DNA of 64,000 nucleotides from Candidatus Woesearchaeota archaeon (GTDB lineage Archaea; Nanobdellota; Nanobdellia; Woesearchaeales; GW2011-AR15). Both the position numbers and the translations under genes were made by a program. Below, in pieces: positions 49,425 through 59,027 of this stretch; position 1 is the first letter of the stretch, and each line of letters opens with the position of its first letter. Under the pieces are notes generated by a model. The model saw only the letters and a list, made by a program, of their open reading frames with translations. It was not told where the DNA came from and made no database searches. The stretch covers positions 134,991-198,990 of the forward strand of contig JAVZBY010000003.1 of the NCBI GenBank assembly GCA_038874655.1. The letters are read 5' to 3'.

Positions 49425-50357
49425 TTGTTTATTATGAAAACATATGTTTTAAAAGAAAAAGACAACAAATTTTATTATAGCCCTGCTATTTTTGTTGATA
49501 ATCCTAATTCTATTAAATTAATAAACCATCCTATAAGATTAAAAATATTAAAGCTTTTATCTAAAAAGCCTATGTATCCAGCAGAATTAGCAAAAGAATT
49601 AAAGATGCATGAACAAAAAATTTACTATCATATAAATCAAATGATTGAATCAGATTTATTAGATGTCGTAGAAAAAGAAGAAATAAGAGGCACAACTGCA
49701 AAAAAACTAAAACCAAAAATACTAAACTTTGCTTTTACAATGTCAACTGATTGGTTTAACATAAAGAATTTGTACGAAGAAAAAGACAAAGAAATTATAA
49801 CTTTTTTAAAACCTTTTATTCTTGAAGGCAGATTAAATTCTTATATTGTTGTTGGCAGCCCTGACCCACATGGTGAGCATAAAGCAAGAGCAAGAGATGG
49901 CCATTATGCTATTGATTTAGCTTTATTTTTGGGAAGCTTTTGTAATGTTGATGAATTTTCAACAAAATTAGATGTTGATATTGATTTGAAACAAAATAAA
50001 AATTTAATTTTAGTTGGAGGCCCAGTTACAAATTTAGTTGTCAGTAAAATTAATGAATATCTACCAGCAAAGTTTTCAGAACAAAAACCCTGGGGGATAA
50101 TCTCAAAACTAAAAACGTATACTGATGAGAGTATAGGTTTAATCTCAAAAATTCCTAATCCTCTTAATCCAAATTACTATATATTAGTTTTAGCAGGAAT
50201 TAGATTCATAGGAACAAAAGCAGCTGTAATGGCATTCACAAAATACACAAAACAAGTAATTTACAGATATACTGGGCAAAAAGAATTTTATTGCATTGTT
50301 CAAGGTTTTGATTTAGATGGAGATGGAAAAATTGATAGTATTGAAGTTTTAGAATAA
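49425..50357 (+). CDS. HTH (ArsR-like winged helix) domain protein with uncharacterised C-terminal domain
   Basis: INHPIRLKILKLLSKKPMYPAELAKELKMHEQKIYYHINQM. Confidence 0.5.
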   Translation: MFIMKTYVLKEKDNKFYYSPAIFVDNPNSIKLINHPIRLKILKLLSKKPMYPAELAKELKMHEQKIYYHINQMIESDLLDVVEKEEIRGTTAKKLKPKILNFAFTMSTDWFNIKNLYEEKDKEIITFLKPFILEGRLNSYIVVGSPDPHGEHKARARDGHYAIDLALFLGSFCNVDEFSTKLDVDIDLKQNKNLILVGGPVTNLVVSKINEYLPAKFSEQKPWGIISKLKTYTDESIGLISKIPNPLNPNYYILVLAGIRFIGTKAAVMAFTKYTKQVIYRYTGQKEFYCIVQGFDLDGDGKIDSIEVLE

Positions 50358-50372
50358 TCCTATATTATAAAA

Positions 50373-50999
50373 ATGAAAAAGATAAAAAATAATGTTGAAA
50401 ACTTAAAAATTGATAATAAAAAAATAATTTTAGCCTCAAAATCACCTAGAAGAAGAAAACTTCTAGAAGATATTTTTGGAGAGGACATAATAATTCATCC
50501 TAGTAATATAGATGAAAATTCTATTAAAGAAAAAGATCCAATAAAACTAGCAAAAAAATTAGCATTTTTAAAAGCAAAAGAAGTATCAAATTTCTATGAT
50601 AAAGGGATAATCATTGCTGCAGATTCTTTTGTTGTGTATAAAAATAAAATATTAGGCAAACCTAAAGATAAAAAAGATGCATTCAACATGTTAAAACTTC
50701 AATCTGGTAAAAAAACGAAGGTTATTACAGGACTATGTGTTATTGATTTAAATAAACAAAAAGAGTATTTAACTTATGATATTACTGAAATAAAAATGAC
50801 AAAAATGAATGATGAAGAAATCTTAAATTATATAAAAACTGGTGATCCATTAGATAAAGCAGGTTCTTTTGGAATGCAAAGTAAAGGTTCAATATTTGTT
50901 GAAAAAATAAATGGTTGTTATTCAAATGTAGTTGGCTTACCAATGCCTAAATTATTGAAAATATTAAGAAAAATAGGCTTAAAAATTTTTAATTATTAA
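50373..50999 (+). CDS. maf: Maf-like nucleoside triphosphate pyrophosphatase
   Basis: ILASKSPRRRKLLE, ADS, GKP, VVGLPM motifs. Confidence 0.8.
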   Translation: MKKIKNNVENLKIDNKKIILASKSPRRRKLLEDIFGEDIIIHPSNIDENSIKEKDPIKLAKKLAFLKAKEVSNFYDKGIIIAADSFVVYKNKILGKPKDKKDAFNMLKLQSGKKTKVITGLCVIDLNKQKEYLTYDITEIKMTKMNDEEILNYIKTGDPLDKAGSFGMQSKGSIFVEKINGCYSNVVGLPMPKLLKILRKIGLKIFNY

Positions 51000-51013
51000 T
51001 TTTTTTCTTGCCT

Positions 51014-51523
51014 TTATTGGTTTTCTGCTTTCTTTTTTTTTGATTTTTTATTTGTTGTATCTATAACTCTTACATTATGCCCTAATTCCAAAGCTTCCAT
51101 TCTACAAACATCAAAAATCTCAGCATCTAAGTTTTCTCTAATTTTATGTTTTGAATACCCTCTTTTCTCTAGCCTCTTTTTTAATTTCTTCAATTCGCAT
51201 TTGGTTATGATACATAAATCTACATATTTTTTAGGTAAGTAGTGAGATAAGTGAGAATCAATAACAATTCCCTTTGTTTTTTTATCTTTTTTTTTCTCTT
51301 TAATTATTTCTATAAGTGCTTTATTTAAATTATCAGTATCAATTATTTTAGTATTTCTTTTTTTATCATATCCGGATATTATTTTATATTTATTGTTATA
51401 AATCTCTATAATTTTATTTACATCAATATATTCATAATTTTTTTCTTTCGCCAAATTTTTTGCTATTGTTGTTTTTCCTGTTCCTGGAGTTCCTGATACA
51501 ATAATAACTTTCATACTTTTCAT
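51014..51523 (-). CDS. P-loop kinase (adenylate kinase AK6/Fap7-like)
   Basis: MKVIIVSGTPGTGKTTIAK Walker A, small size. Confidence 0.5.
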   Translation of the reverse strand: MKSMKVIIVSGTPGTGKTTIAKNLAKEKNYEYIDVNKIIEIYNNKYKIISGYDKKRNTKIIDTDNLNKALIEIIKEKKKDKKTKGIVIDSHLSHYLPKKYVDLCIITKCELKKLKKRLEKRGYSKHKIRENLDAEIFDVCRMEALELGHNVRVIDTTNKKSKKKKAENQ

Positions 51524-51573
51524 TATATTACTGAAATATAAAAAACTATTTAAATCAATAAACTATTTTATAT

Positions 51574-51882
51574 GTGATATATCTTTTAATTTATGGTTGT
51601 AAGGAGGTCATTAAAATGTTAAAAATGAAAAGAATCTCAGAATGCTATGAAATGAAAGTTTTTACAGATGAAGGAGATTATTTTGGAGATGTTGAAGAAA
51701 TAATATTAACAACTAACAAAATAACTGGTTGGCGTGTAAAAGCAACTAAAAATTCTTTTTTAAACACTGTTTTAGGAAGTGCAAAAGGAGTAATTGTTCC
51801 TCATCAATTAGTTAAAGCTATTGGAGATATAATGATAATTAACAAATCTGCTGTTCCTTCTTATGACCCAGATGAGGAATAA
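51574..51882 (+). CDS. PRC-barrel-like domain protein
   Basis: 102 aa, VFTDEGDYFGDVEEIIL...GVIVPHQLVKAIGD pattern. Confidence 0.4.
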   Translation: MIYLLIYGCKEVIKMLKMKRISECYEMKVFTDEGDYFGDVEEIILTTNKITGWRVKATKNSFLNTVLGSAKGVIVPHQLVKAIGDIMIINKSAVPSYDPDEE

Positions 51883-51951
51883 ATAAAAAAATAACAAATA
51901 GGACTAAATTTAAAAAAAATAACTTTTTTCTTTTCTATAATTTTATTTAAT

Positions 51952-52086
51952 GCGCAGGTAGTGAAGTGGTCAAACACGATAGACTCAAGAAATTTGAGTG
52001 TTGAGCTTTATGCTATGAAAAACACTTGCCCATTATGAGGAATCTATTCCCTTAGTGGGTTCGCAGGTTCGAATCCTGCCCTGCGC
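51952..52086 (+). tRNA. tRNA-Leu (anticodon CAA), type II variable arm, ~50-nt intron at the canonical 37/38 position
   Basis: GCGCAGG acceptor paired with CCTGCGC, anticodon stem ATAGA/TCTAT with loop CTCAAGA + insert, variable arm CCC-TTAGT-GGG, T-arm GCAGG-TTCGAAT-CCTGC. Confidence 0.65.
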
Positions 52087-52197
52087 AGTTTTTATTTTGA
52101 TTTAAAAAATTTATTCTATCTAATTAAAAAGAACATTTATATAATAAGAAAGATTTGTTATAGTTATAATTGTTATAAAATAGTGTGAGGTGAGCAT

Positions 52198-52848
52198 ATG
52201 AAAAAAAAACTTGTTTTATTAAGTCTTATTTTGGTTTTGACTTTTATGAGTGTTTCTGCAAAGAACAAATTTTTTTTAAAAGAAATGTTTAAAGACAATG
52301 ATTATACAAATAACCCTGTTTGGGAATTAGGCTTAGGTGGGAATGTATATTTAGTTAATGGCGTTCTACATCATGATGGTATAAATCTTGATGATTCAGA
52401 TAGATATTGGTCATTACTTAGCACAAATACCATTTTTTCAACAAAAGATTATTTAGAATTGTCATTTAAGGGTTTGTTAAAATCAGAAGGAAACCCACAA
52501 GAAGGTAGGGGTATAATTTTAGCTCTTTACTCTTCTGACAAAAAAAAGAGATATGACATTAGAATACAAGATGGATTTACTAGTGGTTTTCCAATAAACC
52601 AACATTCTATTTCCTTAGGATATGGTGATGAAGATTCATTAGGGGATTATATAGTAACTTCATTTGTGCCTGAAAGAGACAGATTTTATAACATAAAAGC
52701 GGTAAGAAAAAATAATCTATGGTCATTATATGTAGATGGTGTTTTAATTGGAACACATGAAGATACTTTAAAAATAAAAGAATTTAGCATGGTTCAAATG
52801 CCTTTAGTTGGAAGTGTTGCTATTGACAACATAAAAGTAAGAAATTAG
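52198..52848 (+). CDS. secreted hypothetical protein (possible beta-sandwich/lectin-like)
   Basis: Signal peptide LVLLSLILVLTFMSVSA. No catalytic motif seen. Confidence 0.45.
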   Translation: MKKKLVLLSLILVLTFMSVSAKNKFFLKEMFKDNDYTNNPVWELGLGGNVYLVNGVLHHDGINLDDSDRYWSLLSTNTIFSTKDYLELSFKGLLKSEGNPQEGRGIILALYSSDKKKRYDIRIQDGFTSGFPINQHSISLGYGDEDSLGDYIVTSFVPERDRFYNIKAVRKNNLWSLYVDGVLIGTHEDTLKIKEFSMVQMPLVGSVAIDNIKVRN

Positions 52849-52912
52849 TTTCTCTTTTTTTATTATTTTATTAAACAATATCTTTATATCTTTTTGATAT
52901 TTTTCAAGCAAC

Positions 52913-53458
52913 ATGAAGCTACTATATTTATTATCTATTATGACTCTTTTTTCACATTTAGCTTTAATAACACTTTTATTTATATATATTTTAAAAAAAG
53001 AGTTTTTTAAAAATTTTTTAAAAATTTTTTATAAATATAGCCTATTTTTTGCTTTTCTAGTTTCTCTTGTTTCTACTATTGGAAGTTTAAGCTTTTCAGA
53101 AATCTTAAAATTAGAACCTTGTAGATTATGCTGGTTTCAAAGAATATTTATGTATCCTTTAGTTATATTATTAGGATTGCCATTGTTCATTAAAAAATTT
53201 AGAAAAGATTTTTTTGTTTTAAAAAAATACATTATTTTATTAGCCTTAATTGGAAGTTTATTTTCAATATATCATCATACATTACAAATATTCGGTTCTT
53301 TTTTTAATCAAAACTATATCTGCGATGTTAATGGGATATCATGTTCAACAGCCTATTTTCAATTTGGTTATATAACTATTCCTTTAATGGCTTTGACTTC
53401 ATTTATTATGATTATTTTTATTATATCTGTAAATAAAAGAAATTTTAAAAAAATATAA
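52913..53458 (+). CDS. DsbB/BdbC-like disulfide bond formation protein
   Basis: 4 TM. First external loop CxxC (EPCRLCWFQRI) and second Cys pair (ICDVNGISCS), as in DsbB. Confidence 0.55.
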   Translation: MKLLYLLSIMTLFSHLALITLLFIYILKKEFFKNFLKIFYKYSLFFAFLVSLVSTIGSLSFSEILKLEPCRLCWFQRIFMYPLVILLGLPLFIKKFRKDFFVLKKYIILLALIGSLFSIYHHTLQIFGSFFNQNYICDVNGISCSTAYFQFGYITIPLMALTSFIMIIFIISVNKRNFKKI

Positions 53459-53470
53459 TCTAAAAAAATC

Positions 53471-54028
53471 TTAATTAAAACCAATTTCTTTTAATTTTTC
53501 AATGTTCTCGCTTTTCTTTACTTTTATTTCATAATAATATGTTGTTGGGCAAACATTACAAGCTTGACAAACTATTCTATCTGTTTCTATTTTCTCAAAA
53601 CTCACTAGTTCTATATTGAATGCATTACTCAGATAAACAGTTATAACTTCCTTTTCTGTCGGTGCTTTTACCCATCTAATATCGCTTGTTTTTATCCATT
53701 TCTCCCAAGGTGTTTCTTCACATTGCTTTGGTTGATATATTAATGCTATTATTTCATTATTATTTTCAATACTATTATTTGGACATTCATTTCTAAAAAA
53801 AGCCCATTCATCACATTCAATGCCATTAGGCAAAACACAAATTCCTTTTTGACCTTGTTCTGTTTCTATTATTTTTACTTGACCTTTATTTTCAACGCAA
53901 TATTTTGATGCTGGATTTGTTATTCCAAAATTTTCATTTTCTTTATCAATTTCTTTGTTCTGACAAGCGCTAATCAAAACCATGACTAAAAAAAATCCTA
54001 CTAAAAAAATTCTTTTCATTTTTCTCAC
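53471..54028 (-). CDS. lipoprotein with DUF333 (putative hemolysin-like) domain
   Basis: Lipobox LISAC. NPASKYCVENKGQ...GICVLPNGIECDEWAFFRNEC matches DUF333. Confidence 0.55.
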   Translation of the reverse strand: MRKMKRIFLVGFFLVMVLISACQNKEIDKENENFGITNPASKYCVENKGQVKIIETEQGQKGICVLPNGIECDEWAFFRNECPNNSIENNNEIIALIYQPKQCEETPWEKWIKTSDIRWVKAPTEKEVITVYLSNAFNIELVSFEKIETDRIVCQACNVCPTTYYYEIKVKKSENIEKLKEIGFN

Positions 54029-54177
54029 CTAAAATAAGAAAGATCTTTTTATATTTAAATAAAGTTATAGGTTCAATTTAAATTGAAGTTAATTTAAATC
54101 TTATCAATATTTAAAACTAAACTTATAAAAAGTATAAAATTTATAAACAAATAATTTTTTTAATATATAAATTACAA

Positions 54178-55449
54178 ATGACTTTCCCAATTACAAAAAA
54201 ACATGAATTCTGGAAAAATATTAATAATGAGCAGTGGAATGATTGGCACTGGCAACAATCTAATAGAATAACAAAACTAGAACAAATTCAAAAAATATTA
54301 GGCAATAAATTAACAAAAGAAGAGTTAAATGCCTTTTCAAAAACCTCTTTGAATTTTATGGTTGCAATCACACCTTATTATTTTTCCTTAATTGATTTTG
54401 ATAATACTAATGATCCAATAAGATTACAAGCAATTCCTCAGAATGGTGAAACACTAGAACATATTGATGATTCAGAAGACCCTCTAGCAGAAGACCATGA
54501 TATGCCAGTTCCTGGGTTAACTCATAGATATCCTGATAGAGTTTTATTATATACTACACATAATTGTCCTGTTTATTGCAGACATTGCACAAGAAAAAGA
54601 AAGGTAAGTAATCCTAATAGTGCTGCAACAATAACACAAATCAATTTAGGATTGGATTATATAAAAAAGCACAAAGAAATTAGGGATGTTGTTATTTCTG
54701 GTGGAGACCCATTATCATTATCAGATGAAAGATTATTTAAAATTATTTCAGATTTACAAGAAATTGAACATATCGAAATGATGAGATTAGGCACAAGAAA
54801 TTTAGTAACATTGCCTCAAAGAATTACTAATGATTTTGCATCAAAATTAAAAGAATTAAATTCAAGAAAGATAAATGGAAAAAGAAAACCTATTTACATA
54901 AACACGCACTTTAATAATCCAAAAGAATGCACTGATGAAGCAGAAGAAGCTGCACATAGATTATTACAAGCTGGAAGCCCTTTAGGAAATCAATGTGTTT
55001 TACTAAAAGGTGTAAATGATAATCTTAATGTTATGAAAGAACTAAATAAAAAATTATTACAAATGGGTATTAAACCTTACTATATTTATTTATGTGATCC
55101 TACACCAGGAACAGGGCATTTTAGAACAAGTGTTGAAATAGGATTAGAAATCATTGATAATTTAAGAGGACACACCTCAGGATTTGCAACGCCACAATTA
55201 GTTATTGATGCACCATCTGGTGGAGGCAAAATATTAATTCCTAATGGTATTGTTGCAAGACATGTTGGTTCAAAATATACTGTTTGGAAATTAATTAATT
55301 TCGAAAAAAAATATTACTATTATATAGCTCCAAATGATGAAACAAACTATTATAAGAGATATAATAAACCAATTCCACCTGATTTTGATATTTCAGAATT
55401 AGAAAATTCATTCTTAAAAAATGCTTATGAAAAAGGATTAATTGACTAA
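54178..55449 (+). CDS. kamA: lysine 2,3-aminomutase family radical SAM enzyme
   Basis: CPVYCRHCTRKRKV (CxxxCxxC), PLP-binding Lys region, KamA-type length and C-terminal Zn-Cys. Confidence 0.75.
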   Translation: MTFPITKKHEFWKNINNEQWNDWHWQQSNRITKLEQIQKILGNKLTKEELNAFSKTSLNFMVAITPYYFSLIDFDNTNDPIRLQAIPQNGETLEHIDDSEDPLAEDHDMPVPGLTHRYPDRVLLYTTHNCPVYCRHCTRKRKVSNPNSAATITQINLGLDYIKKHKEIRDVVISGGDPLSLSDERLFKIISDLQEIEHIEMMRLGTRNLVTLPQRITNDFASKLKELNSRKINGKRKPIYINTHFNNPKECTDEAEEAAHRLLQAGSPLGNQCVLLKGVNDNLNVMKELNKKLLQMGIKPYYIYLCDPTPGTGHFRTSVEIGLEIIDNLRGHTSGFATPQLVIDAPSGGGKILIPNGIVARHVGSKYTVWKLINFEKKYYYYIAPNDETNYYKRYNKPIPPDFDISELENSFLKNAYEKGLID

Positions 55450-55485
55450 AAAAATTAAAATTAAGTTCTATTCTTATTTTATTGT

Positions 55486-55857
55486 TTATATCTCTTCTGA
55501 TAAATTTTTCCTATAAAAACTATATTTATGTGTTTTTCCCTTAACCAATTCTTTCGGATATCTTACATTATTGATTTCTAATTTCTTATTAAAAGATTCA
55601 TATAAATCAATTCCTGTTGCATTGCTAAAAGCTATTAAAAAATGCATTAAATCTGCTATTTCTAGTTCAATTTCATCTTTTTTTTCTTTCAAAATTTGCC
55701 ATGATTCTTCTGTTGTTTTCCATTCAAAGATTTCTAAAAGTTCATTAGCTTCAATTGACAAAGCAATTGCTAAATCTTTTGGATTATGGAATTTTTCCCA
55801 ATCTCTCTCTTTTAAAAATTCTGAGAACTTTTTTTTCATATCTTCTATTTTGTCCAT
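55486..55857 (-). CDS. MazG-like nucleotide pyrophosphohydrolase
   Basis: FHNPKDLAIALSIEANELLE...EIELEIADLMHFLIAF EExxE/D motifs. Confidence 0.65.
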   Translation of the reverse strand: MDKIEDMKKKFSEFLKERDWEKFHNPKDLAIALSIEANELLEIFEWKTTEESWQILKEKKDEIELEIADLMHFLIAFSNATGIDLYESFNKKLEINNVRYPKELVKGKTHKYSFYRKNLSEEI

Positions 55858-55976
55858 ACTTATAGGTTTATTTTATTTTTTAAAAATTTATTTAACTTTA
55901 ATAATTAACTTTAAAAATATCCTCAAAATCTTTTTAAAGTAATAGGCATTTCAATTAATCCTATGAATAAGGTGAA

Positions 55977-56246
55977 ATGATGGAAATAAATATTCTTGAA
56001 GACAAACCAAAAAGATTAGTTTTTGAATTAAAAGGAGAAGATCATACTCTATGTAATGCATTAAGAGAAGAACTTTGGAATGATGAATCTGTTGTTGTTT
56101 CTGCTTATAATATTGAACATCCTTTAATAGGCACACCAAAATTTATTATAGAAACAAAAGATAAAGAACCTAAAAAAGCATTAAAAGATGCCATTTCAAG
56201 ATTAAAAAAAAGAAATTCTGAAATTAGAAAAACATTATCTAAGTAA
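55977..56246 (+). CDS. rpoL: DNA-directed RNA polymerase subunit L (Rpb11 homolog)
   Basis: 89 aa, FELKGEDHTLCNALREEL. Confidence 0.7.
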   Translation: MMEINILEDKPKRLVFELKGEDHTLCNALREELWNDESVVVSAYNIEHPLIGTPKFIIETKDKEPKKALKDAISRLKKRNSEIRKTLSK

Positions 56247-56322
56247 ATAAAAATTTTTATTCGATTTTTTTATATTTTATAATTTAACAATTTTTATATA
56301 CTTCTTTTGTTTATTATCATTT

Positions 56323-56907
56323 ATGTCAGATTTAAATTATGGAAAAACCTTAATAAAATATGCTAGAGAATCTATTGAAACCTATTTTTCTGGCAATAAA
56401 CCAAACATTCCAGATGTTTTAAAAAATGACAAAGAAAAGAAAGGAGTTTTTGTTACTTTAGAAAAGAATGGTCACTTAAGGGGTTGTATTGGTTTTCCAG
56501 AGCCTGTTTATGAATTAAAAAAAGCAATTTTTGAGGCTGCTAGAGCCGCAGCATTTAAAGATCCTAGATTTATGCCATTAGAAGAAGACGAATTAGATTC
56601 TATAACAATAGAAATAAGTTTATTAACAAAACCTGTTTTAATTGAAGTAGAAAAACCTGAAGATTATTTGAAAAAAATAATAATTGGAAAACATGGTTTA
56701 ATTATAAGAAATATGTATAATTCTGGTTTATTGTTACCACAAGTTTTTACTGAATACAAATGTAGCTCATTAGAAGCTTTAGAAATGGTATGTGAAAAAG
56801 CTGGATTAGATAAAGATGCTTGGAAAGAAGAGGAAAGTCAGATTTATTCATTTGAAGCAGAAATTTTTTCAGAAAAAGAACCAAAAGGTGAAGTTATAAA
56901 AAAATAA
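56323..56907 (+). CDS. AMMECR1 domain protein
   Basis: GVFVTLEKNGHLRGCIG signature. Confidence 0.8.
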   Translation: MSDLNYGKTLIKYARESIETYFSGNKPNIPDVLKNDKEKKGVFVTLEKNGHLRGCIGFPEPVYELKKAIFEAARAAAFKDPRFMPLEEDELDSITIEISLLTKPVLIEVEKPEDYLKKIIIGKHGLIIRNMYNSGLLLPQVFTEYKCSSLEALEMVCEKAGLDKDAWKEEESQIYSFEAEIFSEKEPKGEVIKK

Positions 56908-56957
56908 AATGAATAAAAAATTAAATTTTATATATTAAAAATAATATTTAAAAATCT

Positions 56958-57908
56958 ATGAAAGCAACAGCAATAGCAAACTCAAATATAGCATTTCTTA
57001 AATACTGGGGAAAAAAAGATGATTCTCTTAATATTCCAATGAATCCTAGTATATCAATGACCCTTGATGAAAATATTTCTACAAAAACTTTTGTTGAGTT
57101 TACTAAAGAATTAAATGAAGATGAATTTTATTTAAATAATATAAAACAAGAAGGAGAAAAATTAGATAGAGTAAAAAATTTTTTAGATATTGTGAGAAAA
57201 AAAGCAAATATTTCATTAAAAGCAAAAATAATTAGTGAAAATAATTTTCCAACTGCATCTGGAATAGCTTCATCAGCTTCTGGTTTTGCTGCTTTAGCAG
57301 CTGCTTCAACAAAAGCATTAAACCTAAAAATAACTTTAAAAGAACTCTCAAGTTTAGCAAGATTAGGCAGTGGAAGTGCTTGTAGAAGTATCTATGGTGG
57401 TTTTGTTGAATGGCAAAATGAATATGCAACACAAATAAAAGATGAAAAACATTGGCCAGAAATAAGAGATATAATTGTTTTAATATCAAATGATGAAAAA
57501 AAAATCAACTCTAGACAAGGAATGAAATTTACAAAAGAAACTAGTAAAAAATATCAAGAGAGGTTAAAAAGTATAAATCTAATCTATTTTAAGATAAAAA
57601 GAGCAATAATAAATAAAGATTTTATAAACTTAGCTGAAGCAATAATGAAAGAATCTGATAATTTGAATGAATGTTTTTTAGATACAATTCCAAAATTAGA
57701 TTATTTAAACGACAAATCATATGAAATAATAAAATTAATAAAACAAATTAACTCAAAAATAATTAAAGCTGCTTATACATTTGACGCTGGTCCAAATGCA
57801 CATATTATAACATTAGAAAAATATTTACCTGAAATAGAAATAGAATTAAAAAGAAAAAACTTTAATTATATAATTTCTAAATGTGGAAAAGGTGTTAGAT
57901 ATCTATGA
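56958..57908 (+). CDS. mvaD: diphosphomevalonate decarboxylase family (MVD)
   Basis: NIAFLKYWGKKDD, PMNPSISMTLD, PTASGIASSASGFAALA. Confidence 0.75.
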   Translation: MKATAIANSNIAFLKYWGKKDDSLNIPMNPSISMTLDENISTKTFVEFTKELNEDEFYLNNIKQEGEKLDRVKNFLDIVRKKANISLKAKIISENNFPTASGIASSASGFAALAAASTKALNLKITLKELSSLARLGSGSACRSIYGGFVEWQNEYATQIKDEKHWPEIRDIIVLISNDEKKINSRQGMKFTKETSKKYQERLKSINLIYFKIKRAIINKDFINLAEAIMKESDNLNECFLDTIPKLDYLNDKSYEIIKLIKQINSKIIKAAYTFDAGPNAHIITLEKYLPEIEIELKRKNFNYIISKCGKGVRYL

Positions 57909-58963
57909 AAGCAAAAGCATATGGTAAAATATTGATATTTGGTGCCTATTCAATTTTAGAACCAGGTAATTTAGGTTATGTTGCAACAATAAATAAAGGC
58001 ACAACAACAGAAGTTAAAGAAACAGATTCTGGAAAATTAATAATTGACTTAACAAATTTTCAAATTTCCATTGAAGGAAATTTTAAAAATAACATTCTAA
58101 AACTTGAAAAAGAACATGATTCATTAAACTTTATAAAAAACGCAATAAATTATTCATTCCAATATTTAGCATATAAAAAAGTAAAAATAAAAGATATAAA
58201 ATTAACTTCAATAAACGACCAAATTTTTTCAATTAATAATCAAAAAACTGGCTTAGGTAGTAGTTCATGTTCTGTTGTTTCCACAGTTGCCTCAATTTTA
58301 TCATTACATGATATTAATAATAGAGATATTGTTTTTAAAATATCTAGATATGCTCACTATAAAGCACAAAATAATTTAGGTAGTGGATACGATATAGCTT
58401 CTGCTTGTTTTGGAAGTCATTTTTTCATTTCTGACAACTTAACACAAACCACAAACTTTTTTGACTATTTAAACCAAAAAGATAATTATATAAAAAAAGA
58501 ATTTGAATTTCCACAATCCTTATTACCAATTTTAATATTTATAAATAGACAAGTTTCAACAAAAGAATTCATTAAAAAAGCATTAATCTTTAAAAACAAA
58601 AAACCAAAAGAATATGAATCTTTTATGTATGAATATAATCAAATAAACAACAAAGTAAAAGAAGCTTTTGAATATAATGATATAAAAAAAATAAAAGATT
58701 TTCTAGAAGAAAGTTGGGCTAAAAGAAAAAAATTTGGTTTAATGGCGGAAATTCCTATTGAAACTGAGAGAGAAACAAATTTCATAAATAATATTAAACA
58801 AAAGGGTGCTTTCACAGCTGGAATTATAGGTGCTGGAGGTGATTCTATATTAGCATTATGTGATTCTAACTATAATAAACAACAATTAATTAAATTCCTA
58901 GAATCTAACGATTATAATTATGCTGACATTGACTTTAGCAATCAAGGTTATGAAATAACATAA
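57905..58963 (+). CDS. GHMP kinase, phosphomevalonate kinase-like (ERG8-type)
   Basis: AYGKILIFGAYSILEPGN resembles APGKxLLAGGYLVLE of PMK. GLGSSSCSVVS ATP loop. Confidence 0.55.
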   Translation: MKAKAYGKILIFGAYSILEPGNLGYVATINKGTTTEVKETDSGKLIIDLTNFQISIEGNFKNNILKLEKEHDSLNFIKNAINYSFQYLAYKKVKIKDIKLTSINDQIFSINNQKTGLGSSSCSVVSTVASILSLHDINNRDIVFKISRYAHYKAQNNLGSGYDIASACFGSHFFISDNLTQTTNFFDYLNQKDNYIKKEFEFPQSLLPILIFINRQVSTKEFIKKALIFKNKKPKEYESFMYEYNQINNKVKEAFEYNDIKKIKDFLEESWAKRKKFGLMAEIPIETERETNFINNIKQKGAFTAGIIGAGGDSILALCDSNYNKQQLIKFLESNDYNYADIDFSNQGYEIT

Positions 58964-59027
58964 AAATTAATAATCATTTAGAGATTATACCAAAAATTTA
59001 TATTTATTTTTCTATTTTAAAAAAAAT

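Noticed and set aside
55571-56139. Plus/minus ORFs 55571..55942 and 55951..56139 overlapping MazG and rpoL
   Set aside because: Antisense or overlapping relative to ORFs with recognisable conserved motifs.
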